From NCBI GenBank assembly GCA_905178155.1, contig CAJINV010000004.1:4876619-4940618 (forward strand): DNA of 64,000 nt. The letters run 5' to 3'. Position 1 is the first letter of the stretch. Every line of letters starts with the position of its first letter. The notes beneath the pieces are model-generated. The model saw nothing but the letters and a program-made list of their open reading frames with translations, searched no databases and was not told where the DNA came from. Below are positions 48,111 to 63,733 of the stretch, one piece after another. The position numbers and the translations under genes are program-made. The stretch comes from Amoebophrya sp. A120 (Eukaryota > Protista > Dinoflagellata).

Positions 48111-48973
48111 TCACGATATCCCGGCTGGTCCCGAGAAGTGCATGGGCTCCTTCATGATGACATCGTGGTTTTCGGCGATTAAACGACTTGTATCCACAAG
48201 CGGACGTGATGCTGCACCCGTGCCAAAAATCCCGGATCCTCCTGTCACTGGCGCCACACCGCTCGACGACGACCCACCAACCCTATCGGCAGAAACCGAT
48301 CTTCGTCTGTTCTCGGAAGTTGTGCCGCCACCAACAGGAACAAACCCTGAGGACGCCGCTCCGAGCTGCAGTCGTTGCGTTGCGGTATCTACGGTAGGTG
48401 GATTTGGTTTCTGCGTCAGCCCGTAGAGCAGGGGCAGCTTCGCGTTCGGATTACTGGAGTGGTGTTGTGTTTGCTCGGCCCGTGTCACGTTCGTCACATC
48501 CGCTATTTTCAGTTCGTCTGCCAGAAACCGTCGATCAAACACCCGCTGTTCCGGGTGTCCGCTTTCGGACAGAAACACGGAAAGCGTGTGGTACTGCTGA
48601 TTGTACCTGACAATGTGGGTTGCACTCATGTGAATGCTGTGTATGGCTATGGGAAGAACAAGAAAGTTGAAATACTTCCTGATCGGATCTCAAAAGTACA
48701 AAGAATAAGAAATGCGCATCATCTGCTTTACGCCCTGTCTGCAAGATCAAATGTATCAAGACAAGAACTACAACCGCGATCGCAATACTCCAGGTATTCT
48801 CGTATCAATTCGTTGATCACCAAGTTTGCGGAGGGAATGGCAGGTCGCTTCGCGCTCTTTTCGTCCAGCGAATGAAAAATTTCAGACTGCACTTTTGCCT
48901 TCAATTCGTCCAGGATACCCTTGCGCTCCAGGCTCTCCACAAGAGCCTCCTTCAGCTCGAGAAGGGACGCCAT
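48111..48973 (-). CDS. CEP20: Centrosomal/basal-body LisH protein FOR20 (FOPNL/CEP20)
   Basis: ELKEALVESLERKGILDELKAKVQSEIFHSL, NLVINELIREYLEYN, HTLSVFLSESG and LPLLYGL; GT-AG intron 48788..48607. Confidence 0.85.
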
Positions 48974-50043
48974 AGTTTTCCTTTTCTTTAGATTTCGGTT
49001 TGTTTTGTAGTTGGTGCTTGATGAACTTGTCCTCGCACTCAACTAGGAAAAATTCATTTGCAACAACCCACCGGACTCGAGTTCATCTCACCCAGCGACC
49101 ACGTTTTGGTATCGTACCTGCGCACAACATCAACCTCAAGCTATCTCACTTTCGTTCAGCTGTCGTACTGTGCGGTAAAGTTGTACTCCTCAATGGAAGA
49201 GTATCGCGCTTTCTTTGCTGCCGAAGAACAGCAACACGGAGCCAACCAGCACTACCTTGGACAATCATGGTTTTGTCAACCACAACCTTCCTCGAGATTG
49301 CCCTTTGCAGTTCGTTTCTTGTGGTCACGCGACACGCTTTTTTATCTTTTTGTGGGAGTGCTCTGCGACTGCCACGCAGGCACATTCCTCCGTGCATCGA
49401 GGCTTCCTAATGTGGAAATCGATTTGCTGCAACAAATTTCCACGCGGTCAACAGCAGCGAGAGGACTATTCTTTTACGTGTGAAACTTGACAAGCGTCTC
49501 AACATTTAAACATGGAGTCTATCTTCATTTTTGATACAAAAACGCTGAATCAAATCGGGTCACGCTGAGACTCTTGCTTCATTTCAAACTCAGAGGTGAT
49601 ACCACGTCCACATAGTGAAAAGCAAAAAACGCGTACAGAGGCTTTACTTTCTTTTGATGGTAGTCCTCGACTCAAATAGCACAGCACTCGAGTTCTTTTC
49701 CGAGAAAAGCTGGCATCTTTCTGTTGCGACAGAAGCATCAGAAGAAGCCGCTATGATGAAATTGCAAAACCTACCTCTAGAAGTTTGGCCCAGATGTGTT
49801 CTGTAGCCATCGTCGTGTTCAAAAATCGTAAGAAGATATGATAGGGTAAAGTAATCGCTTAGATGCGGAATTTAGTGTACATACTGAAAATTATGCGTTC
49901 TTCTAAAGAGTGTGCAAGAATCTAAAATTTTTCCGATTTTTAGGTGGTAGATCTAGGAATAGAAACACCACTTGTGGTTGTCCTCTCCAGTTGCTTTATT
50001 TTCGACGACCAGCCCCTTTCGGACCTCCGCCTCCATGTTCCTC

Positions 50044-53196
<3,153 letters not shown>

Positions 53197-53854
53197 GTTT
53201 TTTCTTGTGCGGCCAATGAATGAACTTTGACTTTATTCAGTTTGATGGTTTACAACACTCTAAAATAAACAAATGCCTTCTGCGCAGGCAGGTCTTACTC
53301 GTATGACAGTAATTCAATTAAATGCGTACTTATGCAGGAGGAAACTCCGGGCGAGCTGCTTCTTTAAAAAAAACGAGCAAGAAAGCACGACTTTTCTGAG
53401 CCAGGATCAGAAGAAGAATGACTACACCCTGGCGGCATCAGAACCACGAGTGAACAAGTGGCCGTGAAGATGACACAGACACACGCGTCGGTGTGACGCG
53501 TTTACAAGGCGATCCAAGCAAGTCGTGGGCCAGAATGCTCAATGAGTTGTTTCTTGGAACCGGACGAAATCTAAAGAATGGGTCGTGTTCAAATCATACA
53601 AAGATATGTCGACAGCAAGTAAGTTCGCTGTATTCTACGTCGAATGAGCGCGACTCAAAATTCGTCGCGATATTTTCCATTTGCTTGTGCCTTTGAAGCC
53701 GTCGAATGAGCGCGATTTTCGCGTGATTAAACAAAAATACGGCTTTCAACCTAGCATATAATTCAAGAACTCGTAATAGAACTCGCTAAGGAAAAATGTC
53801 GTTGCCATACTCAACGAAAGAGCTTCGTCAAACTAAAGTATCTTCTCTGTCACT

Positions 53855-55594
53855 TCACCTCCTTCTGTCTCTTCCTTTGCCTTTCCCCTTACCACCTTTG
53901 CCACCGGATCCTTTGCGCTCCGCTGTGCGCGTCGCCTCCGCTTCGTTGATGAAGAACAGTTGCGGTTCAATGCGCAGCAACACGCGGAGAGTCTCACCGT
54001 CCTCGCCGCCAGTACGACTGTGAGGGGTTGTGACTAGAAACTCACTCATCATCCCGTAGGGAGTTTCTTTCCAGGTCAGATCTGGGTGAAGTTCGCGCAG
54101 GATGAGTTTGTAGATTTCGCACACGTCCGTCGGCTCCTCGCTGCAGTACGCCCTCTTGCGAATGCATTTCGGGCAGTACTCGGGCAAGTGCTGGCCGTGT
54201 GGATGGTGGTCCCAAAACACCTCCGCCTTGATTGCTTCCACCGGTTCCTCGCATTTCCTGCAAATCTGCTTCGGCTTTTCCGTTTCGCTCACGTTTGCCC
54301 ACTGCTTCCACCGGGAGGCGGACGACGAGTTTTGATGTTCCGTACTGCAGTACCACAGCGTGTGCAGGCACCCGCACTTCTTTTTGCGGTCCCGATCACA
54401 CCCACATGTGCTGATATTGTCATCGTCATCATAGGTCGGGTCTTCATCTTCGTTTTCACTTTCGACCGACGTGGCGTCACGTAGATTCAAACGACGCACA
54501 CTGTTGATCAAATCGCGGTCCTCCTCGTTTTCGTAGTCCGTCGCCAATTTCGGATTCCAGTACCCACCGTAGCACTTCACGGTGTCCCAGCGGTATACCG
54601 CATCCCGACCGGGGCCACCTTCCTCGGACTCAGCCACACCGCAATCGCATTCGAATTCGGCGTACAATCGGTATTCCCGGAAATTCACGAGCTCGGGAGG
54701 ATCCCGTGTTTCTGCTAGCTGACACAGGAATGCACTTCGGCGTACCGGAACAAGCGGCGGCTGGAGCAAAGGATCTGCTCCGCCAGCAGAGACTGGGGGC
54801 GAGGACGGACCTGCACCTGCCATAAAATCCTGTACGTCCCTGCTCTGCAGGCCGTTTCCAAACAGCTTCGAAATCAACACCTTGTGCTTGATAAGCGACT
54901 CCGCACAGTCTCGGTTTAGCAGTTCGTTCGGCGGAAGGCTAAATACACGAAGTTCTTGCTGCAAATCGACGGTTGGCAGGTCAACCACATCATTGCCGCC
55001 GGGGTAGTGCAGAGCGCTGGGGCTGGCGTCGAACACGCATACCTCCACGATGTTCTTGGATTTGCCAGTGATGTAGCCCGGAATTTCCAGGGGCGGCTCC
55101 TTCGCAGCAGATTTGTGGCCGCGCATGCGCCGGTGCAGCCGGCTGACCTCCGCCCGTCGCAGCCTTTCCTTTTGACTTGCAGCTCCAGCGCTGTCGTCGT
55201 CCGCAACCCGGCGAATTTCACCGAGGACCCTGTCCGATTCGTATCCGCCGCCTCCACGAAGGGGCTTGCGCATCTGCAGCGCCCCGTTGCTCAATCCGAC
55301 GCCGCTATTGTCAATCACGAGATTAGCAACGTAGTCGTTTTTGCCGCATTTTTCCAGCAAAACGTGCGTCGTCTCGGCGTTGGCGGGATCGGCGCGCACT
55401 TGCAAAACCCTGTAAGTGGCCGGGTGGCGGCTTCTATCCGCGTCCCACAACACTTGGATTTTTTCGGCTGCGCGTGGAATAAAGGATGCCATATTGCTTG
55501 CTGTCGTGATTATGAAGACCGCGACGGTCGTAACTCTGACCTCCCGTGCCCGTCTGATAATGATATGAATGTCAATGTATTGAATGACAGACAA
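53855..55594 (-). CDS. Hypothetical protein with Cys/His-rich C-terminal region
   Basis: 579-aa intronless ORF; CGC, CGCLH, CRKC and CPKC clusters (possible Zn binding). Confidence 0.55.
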   Translation of the reverse strand: MSVIQYIDIHIIIRRAREVRVTTVAVFIITTASNMASFIPRAAEKIQVLWDADRSRHPATYRVLQVRADPANAETTHVLLEKCGKNDYVANLVIDNSGVGLSNGALQMRKPLRGGGGYESDRVLGEIRRVADDDSAGAASQKERLRRAEVSRLHRRMRGHKSAAKEPPLEIPGYITGKSKNIVEVCVFDASPSALHYPGGNDVVDLPTVDLQQELRVFSLPPNELLNRDCAESLIKHKVLISKLFGNGLQSRDVQDFMAGAGPSSPPVSAGGADPLLQPPLVPVRRSAFLCQLAETRDPPELVNFREYRLYAEFECDCGVAESEEGGPGRDAVYRWDTVKCYGGYWNPKLATDYENEEDRDLINSVRRLNLRDATSVESENEDEDPTYDDDDNISTCGCDRDRKKKCGCLHTLWYCSTEHQNSSSASRWKQWANVSETEKPKQICRKCEEPVEAIKAEVFWDHHPHGQHLPEYCPKCIRKRAYCSEEPTDVCEIYKLILRELHPDLTWKETPYGMMSEFLVTTPHSRTGGEDGETLRVLLRIEPQLFFINEAEATRTAERKGSGGKGGKGKGKGRDRRR

Positions 55595-56575
55595 CAGAAA
55601 TGATTACAGTAAAATTTAGCCGATACATACCAACATTTGTACGCAGAAAAAGAGTTCTGCGACTCTAACTCTTGTAAAAAGCGGTGCTCGTGCTGATATG
55701 TTGCCCCGTTTGTTCCACCACATCTAACTGCGCACACTCGTCTTAAATTCTGCTTACGTATTCTTATACTTGTTGACCACCTGCCACTGCCTCTTGATCT
55801 GGAATAATGTCTACACGAACCACTCCAACTCGAACTTAAAATGGAACGAAAGATCATCACAGGTTGCGCCCAACATGAATCCTGATCATGCCGATGTTGA
55901 CGAAGTTATTGCGTACCTATGTAATATTACTTAACGAGATCTCTATCTTTTCGACATTCACGACATTGCTTGCCAGAAAATACTTTCGAAGAAAAGACTT
56001 CTTCCGCCCCCACAGCCAATGTAACAAATTGCATATCTTCACTTTGTTCAAACCCTTCTACATTGTAAATCATCTCGTCCACATAGTAGTTCATCATTCA
56101 CGGACGGTCTTGTCGTTATCATATACATACGATGCACAAGAACATCACATCATTTACTTTAGTACTAGCAGGTAGTGCTGCCTGCATACGAATTAGTTTT
56201 TCTTGTTTGAGCTTAGAATAAACCTAGTGTTAGCGACACTGACAAAGAGTTTGATCAGAAAAATAAGAATTATGATACATCAGATACAAACAGAAACAAT
56301 CTCACGTTTCGAAGATGCTGATACTGATAGATACATACTGAAGCAGATAAATCTGTAGTTGTACTAGCATGGCGACAAGCGGCACTATCGGACCGACCAT
56401 TCAAGTAGTAGAATTCTAATGCGTTTTCCAACCTAAAAACTAAGTTAATATTCAAATTCTCGTGCGTATTTGTAAAATATACCGCTGCAAGAAATCTCAA
56501 ATCAGTGCGATGGATTTTTCCGTTCTTGCGTCACGTGCTACGTGACGCAAGTGGTGATAAAGTTAAATGCAAAAC

Positions 56576-59500
56576 TTACTTCTGTACTATAGTCTCCTCC
56601 ACTTCTTGTTGTGCCTCCACCTTCCTGTTTTTCGGTTTTATTGAGAGGAAAAATCCCCCCTCCCCATATCGAAAAGGTATGTTTGCAAAAATTTGTGTTG
56701 CGGATTTGAGGTCACAAATCACATTTGTCTTGCAAGAAGGCAAACCCAAAGAATCCGCTGCCTTAAGGAGGCGATTTGTAATGCTGTTTCACCTACATGG
56801 CAGGCCTCTCTTATGCCAAGAGCCTACAACAAAACACCCCTACGCAGGCTGAGGCTTTGCCTGTAGTGCCTCTGTGCAATACAAAGCTGATTTGTGGTCA
56901 CAAATCAGCATCACAAATTTCCGTTCTGATATGGGGAGGGGGGATTTTTCATTCTGATAGGTTTTGCGGCCACAACATAGCGAAACCCCTGGTCGCCGAG
57001 GAACACCGTGTGGAACACGGCCGCTGTTCCCGGTACGACGAACATCAGGACTGTAAATACCTGCCCTATCCAAGTGAAGAACATACAACTCCCCGCCCTC
57101 GTGGTCGTCCCTCTCGTTCTTGGTTTGTCATGATACAAAATGCGGCCTAATATTCTTTACGCATTGCGTTGCCTCTTGGCACTGTTTGCATGACAAGATC
57201 TAGCAGGAGCAGCTCGGACTACGACTACAGCAGGTACTACACTCCTGTCCAGTAGATTTCTTCTCGTCATGGTGCAAAGCCTGTATTTTTGCAGCTGTCG
57301 CGTACTGTACTAGTACAACTTAGTGTTATATTTTATTTTTAATTGCTGTTCATACAATAGTACAAATGAAGGGGAACATCAAGGGGAGCTGTAATTTTTG
57401 CACTTTCATATGCCCCCAGACGGCGACATTGAGCAGAGTCGAGAGGGAAAGCACGACGGTCGAGAGGCATGTCAGTTTGCGAAATGCGCACGCGGTGAAA
57501 GTAGGACTTTCATTTTTGAGGCCGCTGGTGTTGTGCTCCACTTCTTCTTTGTGTTCTCGCAACTGGTTTTTTTCGTCCTGCTGTTCCGCCTCCGAAGCGG
57601 AAGAAGCGCTGGTGGAAGGAAGCATCGTGCTCCGATTGTCGTAGAAGTCCTTGGCCGCCGCGAGCTGCTCTCCGACGTACGGCGCAGCGCCGGCCGGAGA
57701 TGCAGGCGGCAGCGCGAGGAGGACAGGAGGCCCTGCGAGTACCGGGTTGTGGTGCCGATCCAGTACGATCCGCGTCTCCATGTGGTCGACGAACTCGAGC
57801 TCAACACCGCCGCAGCAGAACAAATAGCCCCATGGATGACCGGAGAAACTAGCACACGATGACGATGAGTGTTCTACTTCATCTTCCCCAGCATCAGCTC
57901 GCTCTGTTCCGCCTCGCTGCTCTACTGCTGTACTACGTCGATCTTGTCCCATCATGTTCTTGCCGCTCGATTTATTACTTTCCACATTGTTGTTCTTCCC
58001 GGTGGTTGACGCGCTGGTGCCGACGTTATCAGCGACTTCTTTCGTCTGTTGTAGTTCTTCTCCCGCCGCCGATTTTAAAATTCCCTGGTGCAGCTGCTTT
58101 TGTTCTAGTTGCCAGACAGGAAAGGCTTTGCCCTCTTTCGTATTTTTCAACGCGTACACGAGCAAGGACACGTAGCACATGGTGATGAGGACAAAGGTGA
58201 AACCCAACGCAAGCGAAGTAATCGTACCAAGTGCAAAAGTATCGTACTCGTAGTAATTGCTATCGTGCATGACAAATATCTCTTTTTAGGTGAAATAGCA
58301 CTACGAGTTGCATTTTTGTTCTTGAAAAAATTTGTGATGCAATTTATACTAGTACGATACTTTTGCAATGCATAAAGCGGCAACACTTGCAACAACAGCG
58401 GCAGACCGCAAGTGTGAAGAAACGCGACGGCGCCGGGAACCATGCCCATCAGAATGCACAGGCCGAGGAGCATGTCCATAACCAGCCTGTCCCACGCGAT
58501 TCGAATCAGGAGCAGGTGGGTGAGGACAGAAGTCTTGAACAGTTGCCAGCTGCTGGTCGTCGATGAAACAACACCCGGTGGTCGCACGGTGGGCGACTTT
58601 CTGGACGTCGAGGACAGCAACATGCGAAGTTGCCACCCCGCTAATCGTAGCTGGTTCAGGACCAAAAAGCTCACTTCCCCGATGCCCTGCAGGTGCCGCC
58701 GCGATTGCGTGTACCGTGCCGCTACGTTCGCAAAGTACGCACTCATCCGGGAGGACGAAGTAGATCCTTCGCTCTCCACGATAAAACTAGCAAACGGTAG
58801 GTAAATCGCGACGACTTTGAAGGCCGGCAGGGGAAACCGCAACATTGTGGGATCGTTATTGTAGCAGAGAGCTGCAGATGTTGAGGAGGAAGAAGCTACA
58901 ACTCCTGCGGAAGCTGCAACAGGAGCACGACGTCCACCTGGCGCAGGGGCACCAACAACTCCTCCGCAATGCTGTATGAGGGCGGAGGATTCATCTTGTT
59001 CATCAGGGTTGTTCACCAGATGATGATCCACCTGATGTTGGTGCTCATGATCTTCAGGATCGCCAGGAGCTTCTACTTCGAGCGACGTAGACGTATGTAG
59101 CCCCTGGAGGTTCCACAGTTCGCGGGTATGGCACTCTCAAACGTTACATTCTCAGCTGTTTTTACACGATTAGACGTGCAAAATGACCATGAGCCACCAG
59201 ACGAAGATCAAGCTGCTTCGCGTGACAAATTATCAAAGGGCCAAACAGTATCTAAATCCTCTGTGCCAAATTTATATATGATGCAAGCTCATTTCTTGCA
59301 AGCTTGCCCCTTTCATCCGTACTGCTCCTTTAGCGTCACAAATCCACGTAACAGTTGAGAATGTAACAATTGAGAACGCCATAGCGGGTGAGCATGCCTT
59401 GCAGAAAAGTGTGGAGGTCCTCGGAGATGACGTCGGGAGCAAAGCCGCCCATCCGCTCGACAAGTCGATGCGTCGCGGTGTAGGATATGAAAGCCTCACC

Positions 59501-62500
59501 AGGTTGGAAATCCTCAAAGTGGAAATAATTTGTAATGCAAAAAACGACTCCAGGTAAAGCGGCATTTGTAGTCCGCGCATGACAAATTTCCCGGGCACTT
59601 CTTAAAGCATGTCTGTCATGCAGGTTAAGGCAAGGGGGTGCCCTTCTGTCGTGCTAAGCAGCACTCCAATTCTTCACCCCTGGCAGGACAATAGTCGGCC
59701 TCCGTTGCGTCCTCTGCAATACAGTCTTTTTTGCGTCGCATTTCATGCATCACAAATCATTTCCACTTTGAGGATTTCCATTGTTCTGAGGCTTTCATAT
59801 AGGAGCTCATCAGCGGTCGAGCGGAGGGGGAGACCAGACCGAGCTTGTAGCGCTCGTACATCCTATCACAGGAAAAAGTGTTAACGTTAACGGTTTTCAC
59901 AGATTGCAGTCATGCATCACAAATGTAGCCCAATATGCATGCTATGCATGACAAATTCTGACACGTCTTGTGATGCATTTCAGCATCACAAATTCCGTTA
60001 ACGTTAACACTTTTTGTTGTGATACATCCAAGCGCCTGCCGCGCCGACCTTGCTCAAGCCGGGGACGCGGTCCCAGTTGCGCAGCGGCTCCTGCACCGCT
60101 TGCCAAAACCTCCACGCACGGTCTGAGGCCGGCTCCTGCAGTGCCTGAAACGTCACGCAGGGAAAGTACTGCCGATGAAACAGCGTGTCAGCGTCGCAGT
60201 TGGTAATGAAAGTGCGGTCCGGGTGCCACCGCAGTAAGCTACAAGAACTTGTTGGAGAAGTTTGTTCGTTTTCAGCTGCACCAGGACCGGATGATGGTGC
60301 TCCATCGCTTCCATACGTGGAGGAGACGCTGTTCGTTATTTTTGTTCTAATTGTATTACTCCAAGTTGTTCGATGCCAATGTTGATTAAATTTCTCTCTC
60401 TCTTTATTTCCGCTGCAGCAACTTTTGTTCAGTACAAGCTAATCATTGTTCTCAAGAACATCAACAAGCAGTAGGGAACGCCTGCTTGTCGTGCAGCTTT
60501 TTGTTAGAAATAGATACTCGATCATGAAGCTATCCACGCTTTCATCGCGCATAAAATAAAATCATCGAAGCATCTAACTATTATCATTTCATTTCAAACA
60601 GATTCCAATTAGTACCTGCTGCCATTGTTCAAGTTCATCATGGTCCTCGTCTTCCCAAACTGCCCCTTCTCCTCACGACCGGGCAGCAGCTTTTCACATT
60701 GCGTTGGATCGTTCAGAAAACGCTGCAGTTCTAGCCACGCTGCCTGCAATATGACAGTGCACAACTCCCCCTTCCCCCCATTTGTGATGCAAAGCCTTGG
60801 TCCGGTCCCATGTGGCACTGTTTGCATGACAACTTTCGGAAGCCCAAACAGTACTACATTCGGCTCGTGAAGAACTTGTCATGCATAGGATCCAAATGCG
60901 TTGATGTTTGTATTGCTGCTCATGCCATGCAAGTGAGGGGGAGGGGGACTTGTGCACTCTCATATGCACATTTGAACTCTTGCCGGCCACCTCGCCGGGA
61001 AATTGGTTCTCTTTGTGGTAGCTGAGAATAATCTTCGCGAACTGGTGGCCGTGTCTGCCTTTTAGCCTTTCCGCTTTTTCGACTGCAGCCGGGCCTTCGC
61101 GCTCCTCCATGGCCAGCACGAGCACCATGGGGAGAGCTACAACTGGATGGTGTAGTGCTTCGATTTGGTGGTCATCGTCGCATGGGAGCTGCTGGCTTTC
61201 GTTTTCATCTTGTTGTTCCGGATTTTTTTCTTGTAGTTTCTTGCTCATCGTCCCGGCGGTGAAGTGATTTTTGTCCAGGTCCTCGCTCATCTGCTGACTC
61301 TTGATGTCGTATGCAATGCAAAAGCATCGTACTAGTATGAATTGCATTACAAATTGGCTTCGCATTACAAATTGAGTTTGTAATGCGGATTTGCCCTAAC
61401 AAAAAGATTTGTAATGCATAAATGCCATTAGTACGAGTACGATACTTTTGCAGTTCATATGTCGTGCTTCAACACCAAGTTGTTAATCGTGTCGGATACT
61501 AGGTCGCAGTCTTCCTTGTAACAGGGGATGATCACCGCATGCAGCGTATGCAATACAAATTTCCCGTACATGTACAAGATGCATCACAAATTTCACGAAT
61601 TTTGAGCGTCAAACTTGTCATGCGAAACTAGAAGCGAAGCCAAGTTTTGTCATGCGGAGACCGCATTTGATGTACGTGTACGGGAAATTTACTGTGGATA
61701 CAGCAGTCCGTCTTGCAATGCCTTCCTCTCTTTGCTGGAGTGCACAAATTCTCCCAGTTTGCGTTCCCATATGACACCCTCAGAATGGAAATCCTCAAAG
61801 CGGAAATAATTTGTGATGCATGAAATGCGACACCAAGAAGACCGTATTGCAGAGAACGCAATGGAGGCCGACTATTGTGCTTCTATGGGTTCAGAATTGG
61901 ACTGCTGATTAGCATGAGAGAAGGGCACCCCTTTGCCTAACTAGCACGACACCAGACACGTTCTGAATGACCGGGAAATTTGTCATGCGCCGCTTAGAAA
62001 TGGCGCTTCAACTGGAGTCGTTTTTTTGCATTACAAATTATTTCGATTTCCACTTTGAGGATTTCCATTCTGAGGCTGTCATATCCCAGTCGACTTTCAG
62101 CCACGCGTCCATCTTATCAAATGCAATTATGTCTGTGTCTGGAAGGTTGCAACTTGTGATGCTATGTTTCGACTCTAAAAAGATTTGTATTGCATGACCA
62201 GCAAGGGGAGCCCAGTTTTTGCTACGTGGGGAGGGCATTTGTCATGCGGAGCAGGCATCAGGAAGCCTTCTAAAAATCTGTGATGCTATGTCCCGCATTC
62301 CAGACCTCATGGGTCATGGCAACCCTGCGTGACAAACTTGTATTCTTCCAGACCCAGACATATTTGCATTTGATACATCTTCCACAAGCACATCGCCGCG
62401 CCAACAGAAATATCAAATGCAAAAATGTCTGGGTCTGGAAGATTCGGGGAGTTTGTCATGCACAACTGTACATGACCCAAAATGCCTGTGATGCATGCTG

Positions 62501-63733
62501 TAGCATCACAGTTCTCGCAAAGCCTTGGTAATGCCTATTCTGCATGAGAAATGCCCTCTCCGAGTGGCAAAAATTCAAGCAGCTTTTGCTGCTCATGCAA
62601 TACAGATTTTTCTATCGTCTACAGGTAGCATCACAAATCCCATTCTTTCCAGACCCAGACATTTTTGCAATCCATACGTGATCGTCGAAAGCATAAAGAC
62701 CACAAAGAACTGACAGGGTAAAATGGCATACTCGAACCACAACCGGGGAAACGCGTCGAATTGGTAGGTGAGGAGGTGTATCAAGTGTAAAAATGTTTGG
62801 GTCTGGAAGAGTGCAGACTTGTCATGCACATTTTCCATGACCCATGAGGTCTGGAGTGCGGGACCTAGCACGACACATTCTGTGAGGCCTCTACCATGCC
62901 TATCCTGCATGAGAAACCGCCTCCCAACTTGGTCAAAAGTGAACAGCTTTTGGCACTCATGCAACACAGATTTTTGCATGCTTCAGATTTACCATGACAA
63001 GTTGCCACCTTCCAGACCCAGACATTTTTGCAATGCATAAGGTAGATGCCGAGGTAGGTCAACACGAAGATCAAATACACGCAGAGCGGAACGGTCCGGG
63101 TATCAAATGCAAATGTGTCTGGGTCTGGAAACTTGTGATGCTGGGTGGCGTATCATGAGGAGGCAACAAGTGCTGGTGCAGCATGACAAGTTTCAGAGCT
63201 TCCAGGTGTTGCCTATTCAGCATGACAAACCACGTTTCTGCATGGCAGAAAAGTGAGGCTCTTGGGTAACGTGCATGACAGATTTAAGAGTCATGCCAGA
63301 CAAGCATGACAAACATGCATTCTGCCAGACCCAGACATTTTTGCAGTTGATACCGGGCAAGCAATGCCAACGTCGTTCCGGAGGAGACGGATTGGGGAGA
63401 GAGAAGTTCTTGTCCTTGATGTAGCTGTGGTTGGTGACCAACTGCATGATGTTGAGCGTGGTCATAGTACTCAACATGTTGCTTGAGCTTGCTCTCCTGC
63501 ACCACGCCTGCAGTTGATGTACTACTTTGTGGGGGCGTGGACGTCGCATAGAAGTCCGCCTTCGACGTTGTGCCCTGGCTGCGACGCCGGAGGTCCACCT
63601 TCGACGTTGTGCCCTGTTTCATCTTCTGTTGGGATGGTCGTGAAGAACTTTGCAGCTGCCAGAAGTGCGTCGACGTATTTTCAATGCGACTGCGAGGACG
63701 AGCGGTAGGAACTACGGCAGGCACAGGGCGCAA
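56576..63733 (-). CDS. Membrane glycosyltransferase family 2 protein, split by 14 TA-TIR elements and one GT-AG intron
   Basis: Reconstructed frame contains HAVIIPCYKED, LAMEERE, PGEVAGKSSN, TNCDADT (DxD), VISEDLH (catalytic ED), ARYTQSRRH (QxxRW-like), TM helices at both ends and YVVAAKP near the C-terminus. Start uncertain. Confidence 0.85.
56639..56959. mobile_element. TA-TIR intron element (321 bp)
   Basis: TSD GGTTT; TIR core GAAAAATCCCCCCTCCCCATATC; restores VAAKP-KNRKVE. Confidence 0.92.
57067..57410. mobile_element. TA-TIR intron element, family H-like (344 bp)
   Basis: TSD TGCCC; shares TGGCACTGTTTGCATGACAA with 60750-60964; restores AVWGQ-VFTVLM. Confidence 0.85.
58225..58374. mobile_element. 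TA-TIR intron element family B, reverse orientation (150 bp)
   Basis: TGCAAAAGTATCGTACT TIR; TSD AATCG/AAGCG; restores QVLP(L/I)-TSLALG. Confidence 0.9.
59127..59383. mobile_element. TA-TIR intron element family F (257 bp)
   Basis: TSD GCGGG; restores GMLTR-ELWNLQ. Confidence 0.92.
59486..59799. mobile_element. TA-TIR intron element family C (314 bp), reverse orientation
   Basis: TSD TAGGA; TIR core TGGAAATCCTCAAAGTGGAAAT; restores LMSSY-TATHRL. Confidence 0.93.
59864..60024. mobile_element. TA-TIR intron element family G (161 bp)
   Basis: TSD CATCC; TIR TATCACAxxAAAAAGTGTTAACGTTAACGG; restores GAWM-YERYK. Confidence 0.93.
60750..60964. mobile_element. TA-TIR intron element family H (215 bp)
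   Basis: TSD TGCAA/TGCAC; TIR TATGAxAGTGCACAAxTCCCCCT; restores GKSSNVQ-AAWLEL. Confidence 0.92.
61310..61459. mobile_element. TA-TIR intron element family B (150 bp)
   Basis: TSD TGTCG; restores VLKHD-IKSQQ. Confidence 0.93.
61547..61700. mobile_element. TA-TIR intron element family A (154 bp)
   Basis: TSD CAGCG/CAGCA; homolog of 34239-34389; restores DGLL-HAVIIPCYKE. Confidence 0.92.
61770..62083. mobile_element. TA-TIR intron element family C (314 bp)
   Basis: TSD TCCCA; restores KVDWE-RKLGEF. Confidence 0.93.
62115..62375. mobile_element. TA-TIR intron element family D (261 bp)
   Basis: TSD CATCT; TIR TATCAAATGCAAxTATGTCTGxGTCTGGAAG; restores CLWKM-DAWLK. Confidence 0.93.
62411..62676. 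mobile_element. TA-TIR intron element family D (266 bp), TSD decayed
   Basis: Clear family D TIRs; flanks AGAAA/CGTGA; the +5 rule restores MLSTI(S/T)VGAAM. Confidence 0.88.
62779..63039. mobile_element. TA-TIR intron element family D (261 bp), opposite orientation to 62115-62375
   Basis: TSD AGGTG/AGGTA; restores LGIYL-LTYQF. Confidence 0.92.
63101..63352. mobile_element. TA-TIR intron element family D (252 bp)
   Basis: TSD CCGGG; restores LLAR-TVPLCV. Confidence 0.93.

Noticed and set aside
48607-48788. CEP20 intron as a TA-TIR element
   Set aside because: Weak end complementarity and no 5-bp repeat; a clean GT-AG solution exists.
62115-63352. Repeated CKNVWVWK / QTQTFL peptides as a protein repeat, or a CRISPR-like repeat-spacer array
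   Set aside because: They are translations of family D TIRs, and the sequences between elements are in-frame exons of the GT2 gene.
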